Origin: Octopus vulgaris
Taxonomy: Eukaryota
Assembly: GCA_951406725.2 (NCBI GenBank)
Contig: OX597815.1
Coordinates: forward strand, 97,030,001-97,094,000
Direction: 5' to 3'
Length of the DNA stretch: 64,000 nt
The position numbers were made by a program, and so were the translations under genes. The notes below the pieces were generated by a model that saw only the letters and a program-made list of their open reading frames with translations, had not been told where the DNA came from and ran no database searches. Below are positions 38,833 to 50,816 of the stretch, piece by piece; the stretch's first letter is position 1, and each line of letters starts with the position of its first letter.

Positions 38833-41137
38833 TGAAGGAGGTATCCTTACTCATCCCTACTGCTAGTGGTAGAGAACAAATAAGTCAAATTGAAAAAGTA
38901 GAAGTGTATTTATTAAGGTTCTTTCATTTAAATTTAACACAATTAACCGGTTTCGTTTTTGTTGATTTTCAAATGTGTACATTTTGAGAAACGTATACTT
39001 GCATCATAAAATGGATCATTTATGGCCGTTGTTCTAAAAACTGTTTGTGGCTGAGGTCGCTCCCAGTTGACATACGGATTTATTTGTGATTGGTGAGATA
39101 AAATAATTTGCTGTCAACTCTCTGCTTCGTCTGTGTATTAAGACCAGCCACGCAAGGAGGTCGCATGAAAACTTCAATTCGTCAGATATGTGATATGATA
39201 GTCATAACTATAGCAATGATTGTTGGAATATGCGTCCTTCCTTATGGTTGTTCGATGCTTTGGTTTGTGCCAAGTATCTCTATAAGCAACTCTTATGTCA
39301 GTCATTTAAGGCGTCGTGAACTTTCGGTATCATACATATGCAAATTTAGTGAATGATTCATTACTCCTAACCAAAATGTGGTCACCACTGTCGAAACAGA
39401 AAGTTGCTGAAAATAATAATAATGATCAAAGGCATCCTGTAAAAATTAAAAATTATATAGCACGGTTTATGTAAGATTTGGAGACCAAGCTTGGAAATTT
39501 GCATGTATGTCACCTACATGGTAATGAAGCCGAAACAGAGTGAAAGAGGAATCTGGAATCCACCGAAGTTGAATTATGTGGACATATATGGTTTATAATT
39601 TGCGAGAAATATGTTTGCTGCAGTCAAGTAATCAATGAATTAGGACAGTAATTTAATTGTCTGAACTGAATTTGTGGAGAGAAATTGTTTTGACTTGTTT
39701 TCTCTATGGGGTAGAATCAATCGTTTCGGAACATCGAATAAGGAGTCAGTAATTGGAAGTTTGATATCTCTCAGGAGAAATATATTGACTCCCTACGAAC
39801 CGAATTTCAACTGACTAGTTGCTTAATACGATATTGTTATTGGTTCATTCGTTCCAGATGATCTCCCTCTCTCTAGCTATAAGCCAAACAGCTCCAATTT
39901 ACAAATCTTTTAGAAATAATGTCCAGTAATATTAGTTATCGATAGAAACAATGCTATTTTAATCAGTCATTGAAACAATACTTTCTATCGATTTTAGCAT
40001 TGTATTTCTTTCTATTTCTCTAAACAAGATGATACATTAAAAAATTTCCGAATTCTTTATTAGATTTACATAATGTAAATTTAATGGTGAAATAATATTT
40101 CTTTGAAATTTGTCCATTTAATAAATGTGAAGATTTGCATGTCAAAGCATTTCATTTTACATTTCATTCAAATATATTCCATTCTTGTTTAACACATCTA
40201 CTAAGACCATCATTACGTGCACAAGCACACATACATACATATACAAATCAGACTGAGACTTACATACAAAAAAAGAAAATTTCACAAAGCGCAAGCAAAG
40301 AAACCTGAACACTTATGGAAATGCAGGCATACACTTTAACATTTTAAAAGAATTTTGTCGAAAATTAAACATTTAGATTTAATTTATTCTTTATCGGTGA
40401 AATCTATTGATTCCTGCAAATATAGGTTTTGGTTGTATCCTTTGCCCAGTGACAAATTGTATTTTAGTTTTAGGAAACTTTAATTTAAAACTGTTGAAGA
40501 AAGATAACTTCTACGCAAATTTTATTACACATAATTAAACATAATTACAGTTCTAACTTGATTCTTCATACTACTTCTTACACAGTAAATGAACTAAAGA
40601 ATTGGAAAAACAGTCGTGCGGATATAAATTGATTTATAATTGTGAGGCATTTTAGAGGCATCTAAAAGACAATCCACTATCAACACCACCTTCAAAAAAT
40701 ATAATCCTTACTTTTAATTATTTGACCTGATATAATCCTTTTGGCATCAAATGTACAGAAACACTTTATATAAAGTTAATTTTTTTCATTTCATGAATGT
40801 GAAGCAAAATATATTAATATAATTGGTAGCGTGTTGAAATGTTATTTCTGTGACGTTATCGCGTCGAATTCATTCAGAGAATAGGAAAATGAATGAAAAA
40901 CAATTCGGTTGAAAATTGATTGACTTCCATTGCTATCTCATTCGCCTCCTCTTTCATAGACGAACATTCGTGCTCATACGCATATTAACCGTTCATGCAT
41001 GTAAACACACACACAAACACGCAAACACATAAACACATACACAAATACATACAAATACACAGATACCCTAATATAAATGTATAAGAAAGAGAGAGGTGAA
41101 TATATTTAATCTTTTAAAGATAACTTTGTTTTTCTAG

Positions 41138-41158
41138 CTGGTTTGCAAGGTTATTTAT
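41138..41158 (+). other. candidate 21-nt microexon
   Basis: TTTGTTTTTCTAG|CTGGTTTGCAAGGTTATTTAT|GTGAGT; length is a multiple of 3 with no internal stop in any phase. Confidence 0.25.
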
Positions 41159-41539
41159 GTGAGTTCGTATGCTGAAGCAAATTTTGTTGTGCCTGGCGAT
41201 AGTAATATTGTATTAAAGCCTTATTACGTAACACACTCGCTAGCTTGTATATTATTTATCTTATAACAATGATCAACAAGAAGAATTGTTGCAGAGCCTC
41301 ACAAAAAATGCATGTGTTATTAGATACAGTATTTTACTTCCTAAATACAAATCAGATCTTTGCTAAACGTGACAATCGTGCATCTGAGTTCGATAACGTA
41401 TAGCATCACACAAGTACTATGGTTGATTTCCACCTTCTGAATTCTGCTTCTTATTTTTATTTGACGAATGTTTGGTTACATTGCACGGTACAAAGTTGAA
41501 GGAGAACTCACATTATACAATCAGGTAAACCACGTCCAC

Positions 41540-42450
41540 GTTATCGCAGTTAGACAAGTCTTTCGCAATTTACATAACTTTAAATAACCAATACAACACT
41601 TCTACAGCCTCTGCTGGCAATGACGATTTCGGAGGCCGAATTTCCTGTTTTAGCAACCTCCTGGAATTTACAACTTAGTTTGTACTGCTCAAACTCGGGC
41701 TTTGCGGTTGTTGGGCTTATAAAGATATCATACTGATCAAGTTCATCCTGTCTGTCTTGCGTGGTCGTGAAAAAGGTGCTTAATTCTTTTGCTTAGAATT
41801 CAAGATTACCACTTTACTTATCAAGAACCAACTTATCAACAAGTTGAAAGACTTGGAAAGGAAAGCTATATGCATTTTGGCCCTTTCTTCTTTTGGCCTA
41901 CTGTACCTTGTGCTATACCAAAAAGTGATTAAAATTTTCGTGATGTTACACAGTAATGCTTGTGGCTGACGTTTCTCTCTACTGGATAGCTTGTACTGCT
42001 TTCTGAGAGTCCTCAACTCCTGCATAAGGTCTTGTGTCATATTGGTTCTGCAGCTTTATCGTAGCAAGTGCTGCCATATCTGTGCAGGGCTTTATGTTAT
42101 TTCTTACTTCTGTACTGACAGAAAGCAGCATCTGACAGACGTGTATCTAATAGTGATAGTAGTCATTGCTTTCAATCGGCTGTCAGTGACGCACTTCGGT
42201 GTTGACTGTCCTTGCATACATCGTGTTCAACGTGCAGCCACTCATTCTTAATGTTTTTTGGAGGCCATTTAACCTGTTGGACAACTTTGCGTGGTATCGG
42301 GAGTAGTGAGGCATGGAGGGACTCAGCACGGTGGGATGCGTCCTGCCATGCTTCCCCTTCGTTTCACCAGGATAAGTTCCTTTGCGTTGTACCTGATTCT
42401 CGTTCTCAATGCGTTTCACTCTGGCCTGATAGATTTTTAGGTCACGGAAT
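41540..42450 (-). mobile_element. RLE-type non-LTR retrotransposon N-terminal fragment (HERO-like)
   Basis: QELRTLRKQYKLSSREKRQPQALL...KEERAKMHIAFLSKSF resembles the basic pre-RT region of HERO/R2-group elements; recalled similarity only. Confidence 0.5.
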
Positions 42451-43525
42451 TTCTTGCATTCACTGCCGGAGAGGCACTGTTTTCTTTCTCCTCTTTTTTC
42501 ATTTCAGTGGGTGAATATTTTCTATGCACTAGATAGTTTGTGTGTTTACATATATATAAACCATATCAAATTTTAAAATCATATATTTAAAACGTATATT
42601 GCAGATATACTAATTTAAAGCAGGTAAATATGTATACTTAGTGTCATATATCTAAGTTTGGCCTACAAGATGCTTGAAGTTAAGTTTAAATATTATTAAA
42701 ATATTATTTAAATATTATTTGTTGGGTAGTTGGGTTACATGTCAGCTATTTTCAGAAACGTGGTTATATAGCTTTACTTATATTTCACATTATGGATAAT
42801 ATGGTAATAAATACGCCTTCGAACGAAGCACAGTATGCTATTAGTATGTCTTATGTTTACTCTGCTTTGGCGTGTCAGTTTCTGAAATATTTGTTTAAAC
42901 GTGTATTTGAATTACATTGGATAAATATTGAATAATGATATCGAAGGAAACGTACAGGTAATAAGTAAAGATGCATACAGAAATATGTACAGATTCTCAA
43001 ATTTGTGATAGAAACGTCTGTTTTCTTTCTTTTGTTTTGTTTTTGAAGTGCAATAAAGTTCAGATGTGGAGATAGCAGTTGAAGGAGAATATACGCCTGT
43101 ATAAAAAATATACGCCTGTGCATCTACATTGCTCTTCATTAAAATGAACTTAACCAATACGAAATGTGCTTCTTAAAACGAATCAGTCCCTTCGATAACT
43201 GAGGACAATATTGTATGAAAATAATATTGAACAATATATATTCAATACTGTGTTAGTTGTTACAAATTGCTTGCTTACAAACAAAGCAACAACATTACAT
43301 TTACAGTCTTCTTCACTGGGAGAATAAAAGAAACAGCCAAAGAATTAAATTAGACAGATTAATCAAACTTTATCATGAACTCCACTATTCACAAACAGCT
43401 GCCTGCAAACACCATCACCATTTTATCGTTCATAACATATGGTACCCTATTATTCATTTTATGCAGTGATTCCAACAGTATTTGCAGCATATAACAGCAT
43501 TTTTTTAAAGTTCATATTGACGAAG

Positions 43526-43614
43526 CATTTACGCATAAGTTTTTAACTGTGTGAAGTAAGATTGTAACATTTACGCATAAGTTTTCAACTATGTGAAGTA
43601 AGATTGTAGCATTT
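43526..43614. repeat. 42-bp tandem duplication
   Basis: CATTTACGCATAAGTTTT(T/C)AACT(G/A)TGTGAAGTAAGATTGTA(A/G) twice, plus CATTT. Confidence 0.92.
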
Positions 43615-46600
43615 TAATGCACTCTTGAATGCATTAGAAAAGCATGTAAAATAAAATGACTTTAAGTAGTAATGTAATCTTAGTCACTCTATTGATTTGT
43701 CGTCATTTAGTCTCTCACTCCGTACTACTTGCAACCCTTTTTAGAATTATTGATTTCTTAAGAAAGAGACGAAGCATCTGGATTCTGAGTTCATTTTTGG
43801 AACGAAGTATTGAGAATGACAATTGAGAAAAAAATATTGAGTGAAACAGTATTGGGTTCGGCGTTTGCTGCTATTGTAAGCTAATGTCATGAACTGGATA
43901 ACTTAAATAAAATAACGTTGCTACTGTTTCATGTAAGTTAATTCTGCTTCAATAATGTGATGTGATCTACTGCAATTATTCTCGCATTCCGGAGTGAACG
44001 AAAATCGGAATGAATATATCGAATTTGCCGATTTAAACAGGGGATATCGATTATAGTCATTTTTTCAAGTTAAATCCAATTTTGCTGGTCTCATTTAGCA
44101 ATCAACTTATGATGCTTTGCTAAATCTACATAAAAATATCCAAATATAAGCTACGTTAACTTTGAGTAAATTATCCGATAATGCTAGAGAAATAAGAAAA
44201 ATATAGAGACGAGCAAAGAATAAAATTTCTATTTTTTTCTTTGCGTTTTATACATTTCGTGTAGATATTGTAAAATGGTGATGTTTATTGCCAAAAACAA
44301 AATATTTAAGACATAAAATCTAAAATTACAATAAATAATAATGTATGTGTTCGTGGTCGATATAGAACTTTTTTCTGTGTAGAATTGCATATAATTAATG
44401 TTAATAGTGGCTGACTGGCGCCACCTTTCCAATACCATTGAGACTTTATGTAAATACAAGACAAATATATTCCACAAATATTCAGACATACGCAAATGAT
44501 TTAAGTTGTAAATTTTAGCCATGGCTTGTGCTGAAATTCTCATTCATCGCTAATAAAATGTCAGTTGGTAAATCATAAAAATAGGCGACAAAGACGAGTA
44601 GTATATTAAATATGTTACATAATATGAGTGGAATTTATTAAAACATTCTATGAGTAATATTAAGTAATACAAAAAGATTTAAGCTTATAATAACATTTAA
44701 AATTGAATTACGACTTCAATACATCATGTTTAACTAATATGTGTGTATGGGTGTGCCTATTATCTTTTATTTGTTTCAGTCATTAGACTACGGCCATAAT
44801 TGGACACTGACTTGAAAATATATAGTTTCATCTAGATATTCAGATATATACTTATATGCATGTCGATATTTACAAGCGTAGTATATGTCATATACTATAC
44901 CAGCAAAATAATCAGGATAACTTTCAGTGCTGACTACCAGGTCTTAAAATTCTTAAGCCATGGCGAAGAGGGCTGACATTTTTGTCTGTACTTGGCCTTC
45001 AATTACAGGTAATAAAGATGCGACCACATTTCATCCTCTGTCACCGGTCCACCATTTTTTGTCGTGCATTGCGAGATCCGTATCACTAGCTGAAGTTGAT
45101 GGTATTCCACCAAGCATTTACAAGACGTGCTTTAACATACCTCGAACTGAATTTTGAAACATGTCACTTCATTTGAAATGTTAATATAGGGCATCTTATA
45201 TAGGGAATGTAGCTATTTTATAATGAAATTAAGCCTTCACGTATGTGCTCTGTCTTTTGTTCGGCCTATATCATACGCTGTTTCGAATAAGAGCAAACGT
45301 TTTATTTATTCTAATAGAGTTAATATGGATTATGTGCAACTTCTGTTTCTTTTTCTTGGGGCAATATTGGCCACAGTAAATGAATAACTGTCTTTCAATT
45401 AGTAAGTTGGAATAGTACCGGTTTGCAGAAACGCCGCGGGCTTTCTTTTCAGCATTACGGTGCTCGATATTGCTAAATAGTATTGATTTTCTCCCTTTCT
45501 CTTTGGCAGGAGGCAATATATCTAAAAGGATGGAGGATATTCGATTAATTCGAACTTATAATAAGTTTTTTCTGACCTTACATTTATGAAAAGCGATTTG
45601 ACTTGCGGCAGGATTAGAGATCAGACACTTTAAGTGCTGTAACTAAATAAGGAAATAAATTATTTCGTCTGGCTTTTTATATTTTGTAACTGAATATGCT
45701 GAAAAAATCATATAGTTATATTTCATTACAAAAAAGTTAATGCAGTTTTCTTCTTCGTGTACTCGGCTGATGTCTTTGAGGACAAAAGGCAAAAAATAGC
45801 AATCGAGAACTTCGTCACAGAAAGTACTGTTTTGTATTGAATGAAAATCATGAAAAATACACTTCAAATGTATCAGCAGAACACGAAAAAGAAAATGTAG
45901 TTAACTTAAAGTTTTAATATTCAGAATTAAATTCCTTTCAGTGTCAAAACTTCTCCACCACAGTGATATACGGGAAATATACTGAATCAGCTATAAGTCT
46001 TCTGTCTACTACATATTTATTTTATTTTACTAAAATACGAAATCATTGATGTGAAAATAAACATCTCAGAAAATACAATGCGGAGACCAAAAGAGAATAG
46101 CTAGCATCATTTTTTAATCGTAGATGCAATATATAGAATACACGAGTGTTGCTTCAAGTAAAATGATGGAATTGTCAATTTTATCTATTATTTTCGAAAA
46201 TTGTATTACAATTAATGCAAAGATTTTACAAGATGTTAAACTCTGATCCTACTAGTGGAGTCGTTATTCAATACTTTGAAAGCAGTTGGTGAAAGTATGC
46301 TAAACTTTGTGTAATTGCACGGGGATATATTTGTCACATAACAACTATCTGTGCAGTCTTTATTCCCAAAATAAAGAATAGTTAAAACGTACTTATTTTT
46401 TCTTTTAATCATGTTATTGAAAAATTAATACGTTATGTGTTTCAACAACTTTGCTTTAATTGCACTAACGTATCGAAATATAATCCCAGCAATATATATA
46501 TATATATATGACTATATTTATATAGCATCATATATATTTTCAAATGTGTATTACAATGGAAGCATATATTTTAAGCCAAAATTTGGAAATAAAGCAAAAT

Positions 46601-46689
46601 GAATTCTATTTATATAATGCAATCTGCATACGATGTGCTTTGAAGCTTAGATGTACAGTTGGAAAGCAAAAGATGTAAGTTTGAAGACA

Positions 46690-46858
46690 AATTCACATGG
46701 GAAGAGATAAGTCAATTCTATTGACTCCAGTGTTCAGTTGGTACTTATTTTAATGAACCTGAAAGGATGAAATGCTAATCAACCACGGCGTAATTTGAAC
46801 CAGGAACGTAAAAGCGGATGAAATAATGCTAAGCATTTTGTCAGGCGCAGTAATGACT
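46690..46858 (-). mobile_element. SINE family B
   Basis: GGTACTTATTTTAATGAACCTGAAAGGATGAAA...AATTTGAACCAGGAACGTAAA...GCTAAGCATTTTG. Confidence 0.75.
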
Positions 46859-46937
46859 CTATGTAGTTTTAGTTCAGACGTATGATTTTGTTGATTCAGG
46901 GGCCAGTTTAGTCTTAAACATATTGTCAATTGTAAGT

Positions 46938-47173
46938 CAGCGAGCTTGTAGAATAACTATTATGCCGACCAAAATGCTTGGCCGCATTTCGTCTGTTTCT
47001 ACGTTTTGAGTTCAAATTCCGTCTGTTTCTACGTTTTGAGTTCAAATTCCACCGAGGTTGACATTGCCTCCCATTCTTTCAGGATCAATAAAATAAGTAC
47101 CAGATGAGCTCTGGAATCAATGTAATCAAATGAATCCCGCCTCATGAATTGCTGGTCTTGTGCTAAATTTGAA
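46938..47173 (+). mobile_element. SINE family B with a perfect 30-bp internal duplication of the B-box segment
   Basis: GTCTGTTTCTACGTTTTGAGTTCAAATTCC at 46991-47020 and 47021-47050. Confidence 0.85.
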
Positions 47174-47376
47174 ATCTATAATATCGTGTATTATAGCGCA
47201 TTTTTTTTGTAATTTAGTTTTTCATTTCATTGGCAAATATACCAGGATCACATTCTAGCTCTGTCTTTCTCTCTCTTTCTCTCTTTCTTTATATCCATCT
47301 ATCTATCTACCTATCTATCTAAAATGTGGCTAGATGCATAAATAGATTCTATACGTTTCTCTGCGAATATATGCGT

Positions 47377-47442
<66 letters not shown>

Positions 47443-48937
47443 ACATGTACTCGTATATATAAACAGACGCATGTATAGATACACGAACGCGCGCGTGTAC
47501 ACTGTCCGATGGGTAGTTCGTTTTCTCATAAGTTATATTTTGGGATGTAAATAAATTCTAGAAAATCTGACTGTATAAATCCACTACAAGTGTTTATTTC
47601 TCTCTTCGCCTTCTAATATTGTTGCTTACAAATGAATAGTGAAGCAATGAAAATTATTTCCACTGGTGTATGTTTTGAACCGCTATAATGCTGTCGTAAT
47701 AATTTTAAGGAAAGAAAAGAATGTTTATTTTGTCAATCTTTATACAGGAAACAGCTTATTGTTGGGTTTTTAGTTAATACATCATTTTAAGGTGGTATTT
47801 TGCCAACTCGATGGAGTTGTTATTCAATATTTTACAGAATCATAGAAACTTTTCTAATATTTAGTGAAAATCTGAAGAGAGGAAATTTTTATTGTTCACT
47901 CGTTTTTCAGAAGATCACATCAAAAGTTGGATTCATAGACACTGTTTCAGAGCTCGGGCAGGCCTATACAATCGTGTTGAGCCTTGCTTTATTATTGAAA
48001 TTTAGCTGAAGAAAACTGCGGTAATATCGATGAACATGTAATTCAGTTTTGCCATATATCTTAACATTGATTTGGCTTAGGAATGAATTTAATGCTACAC
48101 GAATCTTTTTGTGTACTCATCTAACATTTTGAGAGAAACACCAACATTGAGTAACTATGAAGACAAAGTGTCATCTTAGTAAAAATTATTTAGATCTATT
48201 TTAGACAGTCACGGCAACTGATAGGTTCTAGGAACGGAAAATTTTACTGTAAGCGCATATGCTGGTGGGCAGATAATATGATAATGGGATAAGATGGAAA
48301 TGTTCAAAAAGGTCACAGTTTACTACTACATTCTTGGAATTGTCAGTAATATGAATAGAAATATAAGGAGAGAAATCGAATTATACATAAAGTTTTAAAA
48401 AATAAGGCCATGTTATTAACATAAAAAAGATACATAATAAAGCTATAAGGCGGTATGAGAATAATGGCTCAATATTATTGAGCAGACGGAATTTCTAAAC
48501 TAAAATTACTGGAGGTATATATGATTAGTTATATAGAAATTCATTTAAAAGGAAAGTATTTAGATACAAAAGACAATTTCTAACTGTGATGAAGACAGAG
48601 AAACTCAAAGACTATGGACATTAAATCTATTTATATTAGAGAACTTAAGTAAATGATATAAGATTTTTTTTTTGCATTGGTGTTAACACTAGAACAATAA
48701 TTCGTTACGAATATTAAATAGTCTAGATTATGCCTCTACAGAACATGAATTACAGCTATCCCCAGTATGCATAATTGACCACAAAACTGAGTAATGAATA
48801 GTCATTTTGTTGTGGGGGGAATCTAATTTAGCTAGTAAATCGCAAAGAAACTGTCTTTTGCTTTTGAGGAATGCATATGGTTATGCATCTAAATTTGAAT
48901 GGAACTTTTCGTGTTTTATTACCTCATTTACTATAAT

Positions 48938-49501
48938 GAACTTTTATCTAGTTAAAATATATTTTTGTGGAATATTTTAACTTCTAAAGGTATACTCACT
49001 GCGCGTACTAAGGAGAAGAAAATTCTCTTTTAAAATTCTCGCGTCAAGGATTCTGCTAGGGAGAAACACTGGTCGCTTAGGGTAATTTTACACCTTTCTC
49101 CAAAAGTGAAAATTTTCTCTCAGTTGTAATTTCCCTGAATGTATCTTTAGAAATAGGCTGCATGAAAAGAAAAATATTCCTTATTGCTTGGCTCTAATGC
49201 TGGTAGTTTTTTTCTGACCAGGAGGTCTACGAATTCAACTCAGTCATTGATGCTGAAAATTTTTAAGAAAAAGGTACGACTTTGAATCTGTTCAGAGTTA
49301 TCTCTCTCCGATATTTCCCATTAAGAAAGCCTAAAGAGCCAGAATCGCGCCTGGAAATCAACTAAGGGAGAGCAGAGGGCAACTATGTTGGTTTCCTACA
49401 TTTTACCTTAAGAGATAATTTTTTTCTCCACGGTACCTGCTGTGAACTTTCCTTTAGAAGTTAAAATATGTCACAAATATATTTTAACTAACATAAAGTT
49501 C
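48938..49501. mobile_element. non-autonomous DNA transposon (MITE-like) with ~95-bp imperfect TIRs
   Basis: GAACTTTTATCTAGTTAAAATATATTT...ATATTTTAACTTCTAAAGG matches the reverse complement of CCTTTAGAAGTTAAAATATG...AAATATATTTTAACTAACATAAAGTTC; no clear TSD. Confidence 0.8.
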
Positions 49502-50741
49502 CTTCATTTCTCACCACTGCTTCACGCTGATGCTGCTATTCACACGCTAAATTATTATTAAGAGATATTGATTATTTACAGGCATTTATTCTGCCCCCTA
49601 TTTTACGTATACTATTTGGATTATTATCTTATAAAACATTGTTTAGTGTATTAGTTTTACACATACTACCGGGAGAGGACTCCAAAACACATTTATTTGT
49701 GTACAATAAAGGCCTGCATACATTTTATTTTTGCTTCTAAGATGGTACCTACCATTGAGTTGTTTTCGAAAGAAACGCACAGTCCGTTTACGAAGGAATT
49801 TCCGAGCTTTTTTCTATTCGACTGTGTCTTTTCGTCATTACCTTTACAGAAGGGGAAATAAGTAGCGTTCCTATGTAGACCATATCAGAAAACGCTCCTT
49901 GAATGTGGCACGCGTCGTCAGGTGGTTTTTTCACTGCGTCATTCGTTCCCATGGTTATAAGAAAAATCGTTTTGGCAGTCCTTATTTACTTTCGAATTCA
50001 GTAACTGTTCTCCTAGTTGATAATATATATATAAATACTTTCTCGATAATTGGTTGTTCTGTATAGTGAAAATAAAAGATTTGTTGGAGATCATAGAGAA
50101 AATATATGAATATAATCTAGAAAGGTCTATTTGCATAACTTCAATATCATCCCTGCCATTTAAACTTTTAAACTAATAAGTTACTTCTAATGTCTTTAGA
50201 CATAAATGCAGTTCAACACATATTGATAGTACGGGCAAAATTTTGTCAAATACTTTTTTTTTATTTTAACTCCATCTAATTTTAATCGTCAAATTAGCGA
50301 AACCCAAGAATTACTAACATTTTAAGCTCATGCAACTCGTCTTACTCGAAGAAAGCTCAGTAGATCTTCGAAATTAAGGTGACTGAGAATCATAGATCCT
50401 TCCAAATCGTTTTCATTAAATTTAGTATAAAAAGGTATGCTATACTTTCTATGTAATTACGTCCTATTTTTCACAATAACTGTAACTTATTAATAAATCC
50501 AATGTTGTCATGTGCATTCAATTGTTTACGTTTAGAGATACATAAATTCATACGTACAAATATATTTGTGTATGTGTGTGTTTGTAAGTGTGCGTTTACA
50601 TACATACAAACAAATCATACAAATATATACGCATATATAGGAAAGTTAAAGAAGTGATTTTAAATTCTCAAACGCACGATGAGGCTAATAATATAGCCTG
50701 AACAGGATAACCTACCCTATTTTGAAGAAAAACGTGTTGGC

Positions 50742-50816
50742 GGCCGGTTCTGAGACTCGAACTCACACATCTGTGATTACGCGTCGCGGTGCTCTCAAAC
50801 ATTAAGCTAAACCGCC
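50742..50816 (-). pseudogene. degenerate tRNA-like cloverleaf, Thr(CGT)-like; tRNA pseudogene or SINE head
   Basis: GGCGGTT-TA-GCTT..GAGC-A-CCGCGA-CGCGTAA-TCACAG-..-GTGAG-TTCGAGT-CTCAG-AACCGGC; several stem mismatches and G at position 33; T5 run ~10 nt downstream. Confidence 0.6.

Noticed and set aside
43526-43614. Two 42-bp direct repeats as a CRISPR-like array
   Set aside because: Adjacent tandem duplication with no spacers, in eukaryotic DNA
44405-44432. AGGTGGCGCCA (minus strand) CTCF-like half motif
   Set aside because: Lacks the 5' CCAC/CCAG part of the consensus; single weak match
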